Shown: positions 47,995-61,127 of the stretch, one piece after another
Numbering within the stretch: position 1 is the first letter of the stretch
How the letters are laid out: each line of letters opens with the position of its first letter
From: Leucoraja erinacea
Lineage: Eukaryota
Length of the DNA stretch: 64,000 nt
NCBI RefSeq assembly: GCF_028641065.1
Contig: NC_073382.1
Span: 32,426,001-32,490,000 of the forward strand
Direction of reading: 5' to 3'
Translations under genes and position numbers: made by a program
The notes under the pieces: generated by a model
Databases searched by the model: none
Seen by the model: the letters and a program-made list of their open reading frames with translations, nothing else
Told to the model about the DNA's origin: nothing

Positions 47995-48610
47995 TTTATT
48001 TAGATACACAGTGTGAAAACAACCCCTATGGCACACTGAGTCCATGCTGACCAATGATTACCTGTTCTAGCTTAAGGGCCTGTCCCACTTGGCAATTTGT
48101 TCGGCGATTGCCGGTGTCTTTGACTGACGTATCCGAGTTGCCGAAAGATTTTGAACATTTCAAATTCCAGCGGCGACAAAAAAATGTTTGCAACACTTGA
48201 GGAGACACCACGAGTCAACACATTGTCATGCCGCGACACGCCACATCATGCTGCGACTTTTTCGGTGACCTGATATGTCAGTCAATGATGTCGACAGTCA
48301 CCAAAGAAATCGCCAAATGGGACAGGCCCTTCACACAGTCGGGACAAAGGGACAATGTATAGAAGCCAATTAACCTACAGACATGTGTGATTTTGGTATG
48401 TGGGAGGCAACTGGAGCACACTGAGAAAGCCCAGGCAGTCACAGGAAGAATGTACAAACCCCTACAGACAGCATCCATAGTAAGGATCAAACCTGGGTCT
48501 CTGGTACTGTGAGGCAGCACTGACGAATTGAGTGCATTCTCTGTTGCATTTTGCCAAACCTGTTTGATACACCTCCCTTAGAGGCAGCAACTCAACCACT
48601 GTGCCGCCCA
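47995..48610 (-). mobile_element. HE1-type V-SINE with nested insertions
   Basis: Head gggcggcacagtggttgagttgctgcct on the minus strand, B box ggtttgatcc, and V-domain. Confidence 0.85.
48075..48330. mobile_element. Harbinger-type MITE inside the SINE
   Basis: TIRs agggcctgtcccacttggc / gccaaatgggacaggccct, flanks tta/tca. Confidence 0.88.
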
Positions 48611-51418
48611 GTAACGTAGGAGTTAAAGGAAAATAGGGAAAGACAGAGATGGAAAGGTTTAAAGAGAGGATTCCTGGGCAAGTAATAATGAGTGAGTAAA
48701 AATAATGGGGGAAAAAATGACAATAAAACCACAGAGATGGCAAATTATAGATGAGTGGAGGTAGAATAAGACAAATTGAGAATGGTAGAATATATTTCAG
48801 CAAGTCATAGATAGCTCAATGGGACCTATTGATTTATTTCCAATAATTCCAAAGTAAGGAGTGATCCGATAATCTGTTTTCAGTAGGATAAAAAATATGT
48901 AGATAAAACTGAAGGAAGGTGTCTCAAACAGGTTTGGCAAAATGAAAATGAGAATGCACTTGATTAATAAGTAAGTCTTCATATGCAGAGACAAATCTCA
49001 CAGGAATAAAAAGGAAAGGAATCAAATGAATAAGATAGAAACATTGTTAAATCATTATCTTATGCAATGAAAACTTTTGGAAGTATGATCCTGATGAAAG
49101 ATTTGGAGGAAACATTGAAGATCTTGATGAATTTTTTTTCCAAACCCTTTGAAAATGAAAGTTGTATTGGACGACTTTACACTACTCATGTGATGTCCCT
49201 TAAAATCGAGAGAGACCATGTTAAGTCAATACATTGGGAAATCATCTTAAGTTTACATGGAAGATGGACTTTTTCTCAAGTAGAGATTAATTATTTTCCA
49301 CGGAAGGATGGAATTGGCCCACTGCAGTTATGGGAATTGGATTGCTTGTAAGTGAAGAGTCTTGTTTGAACAGTGGGCAATATTACTTTTTATGACTAAC
49401 TGTACTTAAAAGAGCAATGGTAAAGAATGCAGAATGAGTAAAAGTGATTAAATAAGTGGTAACTTGGAGAAAGGCACTAACCATGATAAAGGGAGCTAAA
49501 TTACTTATTTCTGAAAATGTTTTTTTTCTTTCATTGACTGTTCAGAAACAAAGGTTGTGATTATGTTTTTTTGTATTACAAAACTTCCATGTCAATAGTG
49601 AGGAATAGCCAGCTAATTTGTTGTTGATCATATTGGTTGAGGAAGGAATATTAACAGAATAATACTTGCTTTGGTATGCTTGAGTTTCTCCCACAGAAGT
49701 CAAGTGGCAATTTAAAATCTTATTTAAAAGAGAAATTTCCCACAATTATTTCTTCAACACTTCAATAAAGTATCAGTTGTCTTAATCCTTGAAATGATGC
49801 TTTCATCCCCATAATCATTCTGAGAAACAAAATAAATATCCCTGAATATGTAGAAAGCAATTCATGTAAAGAGCAAAGAAAATCAGCAGTAGCTATTCAA
49901 TTATTTTTAATAAAGATATTTAGATTTCATGACCTATGTGAAAAAATAAACGTGAGAATCAATATTAAACAAAAGTTTGCTTCTGTTGTGGCAATCTTCC
50001 ATTCTGTAGAAAAATACTTTGCCCCTTGCTGGTCAACTTGGTCTTCAATATCATGTGGTGCAGTAGGAGCTCCACTCTATGGTGACTCCCTGTCATGCTT
50101 GCAGTTGGTGAAGACAGTAGGCGGAGAAAGTGGTGACGTTATTGGTCTCTCTTTTCATCACTGACCTGCCTGTCTATCTGCAAGTAGTGTTGATGTCTAC
50201 CACCTTCACACCCAACATACATTGGTCCTTATCGCTGAGGTATGGACATCTACCAGATCATGACTCAATGGTTAGTTTATCATACAGAGTGCATTTAGGT
50301 TCATTGTAATGTCCCTAAATTCAGCAGTGTGCTACTTTGCCACTTTGCAACAATCTTCTTCTAATGTTTATAATTTAATTTATTTGATTTTTAAACCAAT
50401 CATAGAACTTTTATTACTGAAGTGCAAATATCCCTGAATCTCAGCAGAAGAAGTTTAAAATGCATTCTTCATTAAATATTTATTTTGGTAAATGTAGATA
50501 ATAATTCATAACCTTGGGGGAAGTCAAGGTTACAGGTCATTAGCTACATTTACCAATATGAAAAGGAAAACACAAAGTTACCTTTGAACATTTGTCAAAT
50601 GTTCTGTTCTCTATTAAAAGTCAACTAATTTAAAAAATGTGCTGTTCTACTGACTGGGAAGTTTCTTCATAGAAATTAATTCTGGATCACTAATGTAGCA
50701 TTAGTTATTGAGGGAGTCAATATGGACAAATGCAAGAACATTCTAATGGGACTTATTCAGCCGTGGTTCTATCAAATGTTGGGGCAGACATGGACAAGGG
50801 TTGCATGGAAGGAACAAATAGCATACAGTTGCTTCTATCCCTTGTGTTTTTCTTATTGTGGCTGAGCATCATAGTTTAGAAATGTGGTTCTTTTGACAAT
50901 GACACAGAGTTTCATAAGAAATCAAATGTGCTGCTCTCACTATATGGTATGTTTTTTTGCACTATGTGGTAGCTATGTATCTGACACATTTAATTTATAG
51001 TGGTATTAGCAATCAGCCCCAATCGGCCTGGAAGTAGCAATGTCACGGTATGCATCTGGCACAGTGAGTACTGATCTTGTTTTTCAGTCAAAGGAAGGAT
51101 GTACTGATACAAAGACTCCAGTGAATAATCTCTGGGTTGATTCCCAGGAATGATAAGATTCTCCGATGAGTATGAATTAAACAGACTAAGCCTGCACTCT
51201 TTTGTTTGTTGGTATGAAACATACAAGTTTATTTGCGGACTAGATAGAAGAGATGGTGGTTGATATTTCCCTTGGCCAGGGTATCTAGAACCAATGGTCA
51301 CAGTCTCAGAATAAAGTTTTGGCTGGAATTTTCTTCGTCCAAAGGGTGGTGAATCTTTGGGATTCTCCACTCAAGTGATCTGTGGAGTCTCGGCCACTGG
51401 GTATGTTCAATATTGAGA

Positions 51419-51791
51419 TAGAAACATAGAAACATAGAAATTAGGTGCAGGAGTAGGCCATTCGGCACTTCGAGCCTGCACCGCCATTCAATATGATCAT
51501 GGCTGATCATCCAACTCAGTATTCCATACCTGCCTTCTCTCCATACCCTCTGATCCCCTTAGCCACAAGGGCCATATCTAACTCCCTCTTAAATATAGCC
51601 AATGAACTGGCCTCGACTACCCTCTGCGGCAGAGAGTTCCAGAGATTCACCACTCTCTGTGTGAAAAAAGTTCTTCTCATCTCGGTTTTAAAGGATTACC
51701 CCCTTATCCTTAAGCTGTGACCCCTTGTCCTGGACTTCCCCAACATCGGGAACAATCTTCCTGCATCTAGCCTGTCCAACCCCTTAAGAAT
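51419..51791 (-). mobile_element. Young CR1 3' end inserted into an older + strand CR1 remnant (51050-51930)
   Basis: Nearly exact reverse complement of 5278-5647. Confidence 0.93.
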
Positions 51792-52392
51792 CGATATATA
51801 TTAAATAAATCAATGAATGTGGAATCAGTGCAGAAAAATGACGTTGAGGTAAAGATCATCCATGATGTTATTGAATAATATTACATGCATGAATGGCCAA
51901 GTGTCTTACTGCATCTCTATCTTATGTTATTGTTACATTGTGATCTTATATTTCTAGTTCAATCTAGTTCAATATTTTCTTTTTGTTAATTCTTTTTTTA
52001 CTAATCTGTCTGAACCTGACATGATATTGAATTCACTCATAAAAACCTGCACCTCCCACAGTTAGACCTTGTCCTGGTGATTTCAATACAGTGCAATTCA
52101 ATTTAACATGAAAATATGTTGTTGGTGCCCTGTTTAAACAGATGACAAAAAGTGGCACACCATTTCCATCTCAAGCTTCCAGTAACAAACAGGGGAGGTA
52201 TAATGGGGATTTTACTGATGGGGGCTAATTATTCACTGTACAGTAATGGGTAGTTGCCTTTCTAATTATGAATTGAATATTTTAGCCAAAATCTGTTTAA
52301 AACAAATGCAATCAGGGTCTTAGTCATGTCATTATTTCAAGCAGTTATTTCTAAGACAAAAAAGGTACTCAGTTACAAAAGGCATCTTGAAT

Positions 52393-52410
52393 CCGCTGCC
52401 CTCTGGTGCT
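52393..52410 (-). promoter_or_regulatory. Candidate CTCF-binding motif
   Basis: Minus strand AGCACCAGAGGGCAGCGG matches the CCASYAGRKGGCRS consensus at all but one position, in unique sequence. Confidence 0.4.
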
Positions 52411-53340
52411 CTGTCCAGACATCATCAGTGTGTTTTGAAACCATAAACTGAGCAGGAATTGCAGTACAGTTACCAAATAGAACATGTGATTTACTTATTT
52501 GATAGTTCCTGCACAGAGATGTGGCACAGGGGAAGAAGTTCAGTACACTACCCTTCATTATTTTCTTATTTGACACACACTTTAGAGCTTTTCTGTCATA
52601 TTGCAGATCTTACTTATCGTTTACCAGAGAAATGTGTTCTTCCGGGCCAATGTGTCCTGACAACAGACCATAAATTGTACTTATTTATTAATCCACAGAG
52701 GGAGTCTAATTTTTTTTAAAAAAGTATAGCCTAATTCTACGTTTCTATAAAACCTTTACCTATTTGTTCTACTTAATTTCTTTACCTTCCAATGGCGTCA
52801 TTTATATTGTCTACACTATGGTCCTGCCAAGTTATATACTAGTGGACATATTGCTGATTAAAAAATTACATAATATGCTTTTATTATTTTAGTTGGAATT
52901 TGAATACTTCTCTCTATCAGTGCACCTTTAAAGATTTTGCTGGTCCATCAAAAACATAGAAGTCTTTAGTCCAACATTATATTTCACCATTCTGTAAAGT
53001 TGTGGCTGATTAACTTCTTAAAGTTTACTTATTTATGATGAACTAAAATATATTAAACATTCACAGTCCCATAATCCACAAAGGGTATAGTATGCAACCT
53101 TGTTTTGGAGAATTATACAGTAAACAAATAACGGTGAGACTCATGAGGGTGAAGAGTCATTCAAATACTACATAGATGCAATGTTCCTTAACAATCTCTC
53201 AATACAAGCATACATCCCATAGGAGATTAGATGAAATTATCTCCCTGAGGAACAAAATACATTGTGCTTTATACATTTTGGATTTAATGACAATTTTGAA
53301 TCAGATGCTGGAAATCTGAAATGAAGATAGGAAATGCTAA

Positions 53341-54123
53341 AGTTTAGCTTAGTTTAATTTATTATTTTTGTCACATGTACCAGGGTATAATGAAAAACGT
53401 TTTGTAGCGTGATTAGTTATACATGATTCCAATCAAGCTGTCTACAGTATACAGATGCAGGATAAAGGGTATAACATATAACTAGATAAAGTCTAGTAAA
53501 CTCTGAAGATAGTTATAAGGTCTCCAATGAGGTAGATAGGAGGTCAGGACCGCTCTTTAGTTGGTGTGAGGACAGTTCAGTTGCCTGATAACAGCTGGAG
53601 GAAATTGTCCCTGAGTCTGGAGGTATGTGTTTTCAAACCTGTACCTCTTGCATGATTGGAGAAAGGAGAAGAGTGAAGAGTGAGACTGGTCCTTGATTAT
53701 GCTGGCGGCCTTGCCGAGGTAGCGTGAAGTGTAGATGGAGTCAATAGAAGGAAGGTTGGTTTGCAGAATTGGCTGGGCTATGTCCACAACTCTCTGCAAT
53801 TTCTTGCGGTCTTGTATTGAGCTATTCCCAAACCATGCTGTGATGCATTCCAATAAAATGCTTTCTGCGGCACATCTGTAGAAGTTGATGAGGGCTTTTG
53901 GGGACATGCCAAACTTCCTAAGCCTTTTAATGAAGTAGAGGCTTTGGTCTGCTTTTATGGCCATTGTTTCGATGTGGCCGGTGCAGGACAAACTGCTGAT
54001 GATATTTATTCCTAAGAAGTTGAAGCTTTCATCCATCTCTACTTTGGCACCATCAATGTATGGTATGTGTGCCCCTTCTCTTCCTGAAATCAAATCAACC
54101 TTTGTGCTCCTAACATTGAGGGA
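53341..54123 (-). mobile_element. Rex1/Babar LINE 3' portion
   Basis: ORF 53557-54276 reads SFNFLGINI...LYFIKRLRKFG...FYRCAAESIL...ITAWFGN...LQRVV. Tail gtgacaaa...(ctaaa)n. Confidence 0.92.
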
Positions 54124-55458
54124 AAGTACTGAGCATGTCAAAGGAGGTAACATCTGCAGAAAGAGAAACCAAGTTAACATTTCACATTGGAAATCCTTTG
54201 TCAGAACTGGGAATAGGAGATAAAATAAAATAATCTTAAAAAGCAGAAATCGTGGCAGGAGTGATGAATAGAACAAAAGGAATATCTATGACAAGGTGAG
54301 ACCAGGCCAAATGACTTGATATGGCAGATAGAGGCTGCTTATTCTTCCTTGCCATTGCAAGTTGCCAATGTTTGTTGTTGCTAACACCAGGGCCATCGAG
54401 AATGTCCAGAGTGTCAGGCTACACTAATGGAGATAAATAAAATTTGCCAATTTAACTGGTGGATGACCTATGCAGGAATTGCCAGAACAATGGAAGTGAT
54501 TTACTCAAAGTTAGAGAATTGAATGTGGAGTTCTGAAGGCTGCAGCGTACCCAGATGGAAGATATGGCATTGTTCCTCATGCTTGCACTAAGCATGATCC
54601 AGCCGACAAAGTTCAAGAATTAATATTTACATGATATATCTTTATTTGATTTCAGCTGCATATTGATTTATGAAGCATTCTCACAACTACCCATCACAAC
54701 ATTGAGAAGTGTTAGTCTAGTTTAGTTTAGTTTAGTTTAGTTTACTGTCACGTGTACAAAGGTACAGTGAAAAGTTTTTGTCATCAGACTTCATTATCCA
54801 AAATCCATCCACAATCAAAATCCATACCTAGAATATTTGAATGTTTAGAAAGGTCAAATTCTGAAACCGTTGGGTGACATGAAATTCAAGAGGGGACGTC
54901 AGTCTTGATATGATTTATCTGCATTATGTAAGTGGGTTTCAGATTTTCAAAATTCTTCTATTTTAATGACAATCATAGGTCGAGGATAAGGAAGATTTGG
55001 AAGTAAGTTACTTTTTTTCTAATCTCCCTTTCATTAATATTTTTGTTAAAAATACTTCAAGATGTCTTTTTTAAATTCATTGACAAATTACTTTTATTTA
55101 GCTTTTCTCTCAATGGCTCTGATTGTCAAACACATTTAAAAGTTATTTTTAGAATTACATTCAGCAAAGCCAGGAGCAGGGCTTTGTTGAAGGCAGTCAG
55201 ATTTGCTTTGGAACCAGGTTCGCTTGCCTGTTGCCATTTTGATTACACCACTGTTCTCTGAGATGAATAGGGACAGTGAGACTGGGTCTCTATGTACAGA
55301 CAAGCTAATTTGGGACTGCGAGCACTGATTGTAGCTTTAGGATACAACTTGAACAAGATGTGACCCCTTGTGGTTTAAAGCTGAAGCACAACTGCAGTGA
55401 ACTTTTTTTCTAACAGAAAGAATATATTTGTCTCACTTCCACTGCAGACATAAATTAA

Positions 55459-55722
55459 TGGGCCTGTTCCACTCTTGTGACTTTTTCAGCGACTGCCGGC
55501 ACCCATCATAGGTCATTACAGGTCGCCGAAAATTTTCAACATGTTGAAAATCCAGCGGCGACCAGAACAAGGTACGACTCTTTAGGTGACTATTCAGTTG
55601 GCCAAAGAGTTGTAGCGTCTTTCTGGTCGCCGCTGAATTTGTTGAAAATTTTCGCATACCTGCAACGACCCATGACGGGTGCCGGAAGTCGCTGAAAAAG
55701 TTGCATAAGTGGAACAGGCCCA
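55459..55722. mobile_element. Harbinger-type MITE
   Basis: TIRs tgggcctgttccact / agtggaacaggccca, with a largely palindromic body. Confidence 0.88.
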
Positions 55723-55779
55723 TATGTGTTACAAGTATAAAGGTAAACTAAAGTGATGCGGCAGAGTAAATCTGCAACA

Positions 55780-55990
55780 GGGCAGCACAGTGATGCAGCT
55801 AGTATAGCTGCTGCCTTATCTCTCCAGTTGCTAGATTCAATTCTGACCTCTGGTGCTGTCTGCTTAATGCATCTTTGATTGTGTCGGCTTTCTTTGGCAG
55901 CTCCATTTCCCTCCTACATCCCAAAGATAAAAGTTGTGAATTGTCCTGGTGGGTTGGTGAGGGGAGGAGTTTGTTGCACAATTTTTAAAG
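55780..55990 (+). mobile_element. HE1-type SINE (degraded)
   Basis: gggcagcacagtgatgcagctagtatagctgctgcct head and ctcctacatcccaaaga V-domain remnant. Confidence 0.65.
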
Positions 55991-56109
55991 TAACAGATTT
56001 TAGTGTGAATCATTGCTCCAGGTAACAGAATTAAGTTGTTGAACATGAGTGGCAGGGATAGTGAAAGTAATAGACACCTTGTTTATCTGATGAATAATTA
56101 AACAACAAA

Positions 56110-58342
56110 ACAATAGACAATAGACAATAGGTGCAGGAGTAGCCCATTCGGCCCTTCGATCCAGCACCGTCATTCAATGTGATCATGGCTGATCATCCCA
56201 ATCAGTACCCCCTTCTCCCCATATCCCATGATTCTGCTGCTTTTAAGAGCCCTATCTAGCTCTTTCTTGAAAGCATCCAGAGAACCTGCCTCCACTGCCC
56301 TCTGAGGCAGAGAATTTCACACACACCATTCTCTGTGAGAAAAAGTGTTTCCTCGTCTCCGTTCTAAATGGGTTACTCCTTATTCTTAAACTGTGGCCCC
56401 TGGTTCTAGCCTTCCCAAACATCAGAAACTTGTTTCCTGCCTCTAGCATGTCCAAACCCTTAACAATCTTATATGTTTCAATGAGACACCCTCTCATCCT
56501 TCTAAACTCCAAAGTGTACAAGCCCAGCTGCTCCATTCTCTCAGCATATGACAGTCCCGCCATCCCGGGAGATAACCTTGTAAACCTACGCTGCACTCCC
56601 TCAATAGCAAGAAAGTCCTTCCTCAAATTAGGGGACAAAAACTGCACACAATACTCCAGGTATGGTCTCACTCAGGCTCTGTACAACAGCAGAAGGACCT
56701 CTTTGCTCCTATATTCGATTCTTCTTGTTATAAAGGCAAACATGCCATTCGCTTTCTTCACTGCCTGCTGTACCTGCATGCTTACTTTCATAGACTGATG
56801 TACAAGGACACCCCAGATACCGTTGTACTTCCCCTTTTCCCAACTTGACGCCATTTAGATAGTAATCTGCCTTCCTGTTTTTTGCTACCTAAGTGGATAA
56901 CCTCACATTTTTCCACATTACACTTCATCTGCCATGCATCTGCCCACTTCCCCAACCTGTCCAAGTCACCCTGCCTTCTCATAGCATCCTCCTCACAGTT
57001 CACACTGCTATCCAGCTTTGTGTCATCTGCAAATTTGTAAATGTTACTTTGAATCCCTTCATCCAATTCATTGATGTATATTGTAAATATCTGCGGTCCC
57101 AGCATCAATTCTTGCGGTACCCCACTAGTCACTGCCTGCCATCCTGAAAGGGACCCGTTAATCCCTACTCTTTGTTACCTATCTGCTAACCACTTCTCTA
57201 TCCATATCAGCAGTCTACCCCCAATACCATGTGCCCTAATTTTGCCCACTAATCTCCTATGTGGGACATCAAATGCTTACTGAAAGTCCAGGTACACTAC
57301 ATCCACTGGCTCTCCCTTGTCCATTTTCCTAGTTACACCTTCAAAAAATTCCAGAAGATTAGTCAAGCATGATTCCCCTTCGTAAATCCATGCTGACTCG
57401 GACCGATCCTGTTACTGCTAACCAAATGTGCGGCTATCTCATCTTTTATAATTGACTCCAGCATCTTCCCCACCACCGATGTCAGGCTAACTGGTCTATA
57501 ATTCCCTGTTTTCTCTCTCCCGCCTTTCTTAAAAAGTGGGGTAACATTAGCTACCCTCCAATCCACAGGAACTGATCCTGAGTCTATGGAACATTGAAAA
57601 ATTATCACCAATGTATCCACGATTGCTAGAGCCACTTCCATAAGTACCATGGGATGCAGACCATCAGGCCCTGGGAATTTATCATCCTTCATTCCCACCA
57701 GTCCATCCAACACATTTTCCTGTCATGTGGATTTCCTTCAGTTCCTCCATCACCCGAGATCCTCTGGCCACTACTATATCAGGAAGACTCCTTAGTGAAG
57801 AGTGATTTTTGTCTACCTTCGATTTTCCAGCATCTGCAGTTCCTTCTTAAACACAGTGCATCATGAATATTGTTTGTATCCTCCTTAGTGAAGATGGATC
57901 CAAAGTACCTGTTCAACTTATCTGCCATTTCCTTGTTCCCCATAATAAATTCACCTTTTTAGTTTTCAAGGGTCAAACTTTGTTCTTAACTCATTTTTTC
58001 CTCTTCACATACCTAAAGAAGCTTTTACTATCCTGCTTTATATTCTTGGCTAGCTTACCTGCATACCTCATCTTTTCTTCCCGTATTGTCTTTTTGGTTA
58101 TCTTCTGTTATTCTTTAAACATTACCCAATCCTCTTGCTTCCCGCTCATCTTTGCTACGTTGTACTTCTTCGCTTTAATTTTTATACTGTCCCTGATGTC
58201 CCTTGTCAGCCATGGTCATCCCTTTCTCCCCTTGGAATCTTTCTTCCTCCGAGGAATGAACTAATCCTGCACCACCTGTATTATTCCTAGAAATACCTGC
58301 CATTTTAGTTCCACTGTCAGCCCTGCTAGTGTATCTTTCCAG
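56110..58342 (-). mobile_element. CR1 LINE (2.2 kb, frameshifted RT)
   Basis: KFPGPDGLHP, NYRPVSLTS, KFADDTKL and RPYLEYCVQF, with a (CTATTGT)n tail. Confidence 0.95.
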
Positions 58343-58534
58343 TCAACATTGGAGATGGAGCCCCAAAGCAAGAATCAAAGTTATCGGGGTCACTCATCTC
58401 CCTTCTCCACTCCACACTTCATCTGCTTTCTATGGAAAATGTGAATCCATTGAAAAAACCCAGCATTGGTTATTCTCAGTGGTGGATTCCCAATGGTAGC
58501 ATTCACAAGTATTGTCCCTTTGCACAGTTGGAAA

Positions 58535-58653
58535 CCATTTTAACCCCTCCCCACTCTCACACAGACCTTTCTGTCCTGAGCCTCCTCCATTGCTAGTGAG
58601 GCCACAAGCAAATTGGAGGAAAAGTACCTCATAGTTTGCTTGGGTAGCTTATA
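58535..58653 (+). mobile_element. Penelope endonuclease C-terminal fragment
   Basis: ccattttaacccctcc...aaattggaggaaaagtacctcata, homologous to 10803-10905. Confidence 0.75.
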
Positions 58654-60019
58654 ATTTGGCTTCTCGGACCAGCCAATTTTGCTGCCTCGTTTGCCAGACG
58701 AGTCGTTTCCAACAGGGACTTTGCATGGAGGTACAGTTTGCTGTGCGCTAGAATCCAAGATACAGCAGCTATTGTGGTCCACGTCCGACGTGAACGGCTA
58801 TGGATATACAGCCTCAGTGTCCAACAAGACAGCCACGCTCACGCATGCACGTACTTCGGAACATGCAGAGCAACCGCATCCACTCCCGCCAGGGAGTGAC
58901 CACCCCACCCTTCTGAGGCAGAGAATTCCACAGACTCTGTGAGATTGGCAGTCACCGAGGTGCGTTGTTTCCTCGTTTCCGTTCTAAATGGCTCTTGGCG
59001 ATGCTGAGCACCCTCCGCAGACAGCCCCTTCCCGACAGACAGATACTCCCTTCCCCTCCCCCCCCCCCCTGTCCTTTTCCTCCTTATTCTTAAACTGTGG
59101 CCCCGTGAGGTAATTTGAGGCCGTCTTTTCGCACCTCTGGTCTTTGTCTCACCTCCAGATCCCCCAACATTGGGAACATGTTTCCTGCCTCTAGTGTGTC
59201 CAAACCCTTAATAATCATATATGGGCCATTTGGTCCATTTAAATGTGCCTTCTGCAGAAATAGGACAAGCTGCAGAATGGTGCCAGTTTGTTTAGAGCCT
59301 AGATAAGCGTTGCAGGAAGAGAATGGAACATTTAACCATAACCATATAACCATATAACAATTACAGCACGGAAAACATCTGCAGATCCTGACAATTAGGT
59401 GCAAATTGCATGGAATGGATTGGATTAATGCAAACCAGACATACACATTGTACATATTGTTGCAAAGCTTTACTTTGTTAGATGTTAATTGGATTAGGTA
59501 TTGAGCCTTGTCTGGGTTTCTTGAATATCAAGGCACATGTTGCGATGTTTGCTTCCTTTCAGAAGCTCCGTTTGAATAAAGTAAAGTAAAGTGTTCTTAA
59601 TTGTCATTCAGCCATTTCAGTCTGAAGGACATTGTATTAGTCACTGTATTATTGGGTTGGGGAAATGTTTATCATGTACTGGGTCAATCGATATCTGTTA
59701 TTGGACTGTATAGAGACCACCCCCATGTGGTTCGGCCCCTCAAGTTTCGGGGACCTATTAAAAGCCGCTTCCACGAGGTTCTTTGTCGATCTTCTGGGAG
59801 AGCGCTTAGGAATGCGTGACCTTCTGGAGTGTCTCTACTTGAACGAGGCTAAAGAGGGCTTGGCCAGGCAGATACGAGGATCGTATAGGTAACTAGTAGT
59901 TAGGTATACGTGGGAACTGTAATTATGTTTTGTCAAAATAAAGATTAGTTGCGCAAGTGCTTGACTCAGTGATTTTTGACTGAAACTAGACTAAGAGGGA
60001 AGCTTAGAATGAGCTATTT

Positions 60020-60555
60020 ACAATAGTAACTTCTACTTACTCCCCTCCCCTCCCCCACCCCCCTGTCCTTTTCCTCCACCTTAGTCACTTTACCATTTCC
60101 ACTGTTCACCACGTTGTTTTCCTCTTGAGGGGAACCTACCCCAGCCAACAATTGGCTTATCAGGCACTGCCCTGCGTGAGGTAATTTGAGGCCGACCCTG
60201 ATTGGTCCTGGTCTTTTCTCACCTCCAGATCTTCAACCCCCGACCCCCCAACTCATTCTTTTAGTCTAAAGAATGGTCCCGACCCCGAATCATCACCAAT
60301 ACTTTAGTCTCCAGGGATGTTGCCTGACCGGCTGAGTTACTCCAACACTTTGTGACTATCTTTGGTATAAATGAGCATCTGCATCTTCTTGTTTCTCCCT
60401 TCCATTGACTCCATCAATACTTCATGTTGCCTTGGCAAACCCATCAGCATAATCAAGGACAAGACTCATCCCAGACACTCCCTCTTCTCCCGTCTCCCAT
60501 CAGACAAGATATACAGAAATTTAAAAACCAGATTCAGGGACAGTTTCTTCCCAGC
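60020..60555 (+). repeat. Penelope-3'UTR + Rex1 composite, diverged copy of 62710-63270
   Basis: Colinear with 62710-63270, including the same Penelope-to-Rex1 junction (gcatctgca...cccttccattgactccatcaatac). Confidence 0.8.
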
Positions 60556-61127
60556 GGTATGAACATTGCATTCTATAAATTTTTGACGGACTAGTCTCAG
60601 ACCATTCATTTGGTCATCAGCTGACTAGAACATACTTTTGCTTGAGTGGGCCGTCCACCGTCAAATTCGATGTTAATGATTCGCGTTGATGAATGCCTGG
60701 GATCAAAATTACCCTCCTGTCGAGCCATTTATCTTAGAAGGATCGATGAGCAGTTCCCATATCCTAGCAGAGAGACCACAAGCTTGAGCCGGGAAGCATG
60801 TAACAAAAGACTGGAAATCACCACTCTTATTTCAGATCAAGTCAAGTCAAGTCAAGTTTATTTGTTGAACTGCCAAAGCATTCAAGGGGCGGGTTTTTGC
60901 CTGAGATGCACAATGGGCTTTGGTTTTGCAGCACGTCTCTCCAGAGCATACCTACTGCCGGCATTTGTCTGGGGGAAGATTGGTCTCCCAGGTAGAATCT
61001 TTCCCACTCTGTGCCTATCGGAAGTTTTACCAGTCCCTCGGTCTACCTGAGATTGGATCCTCGGACCAGCCAATTTTACCACCTCATTTCTATGTTTCTA
61101 TGTTTCTATGTAACCCATTTGACTGGG

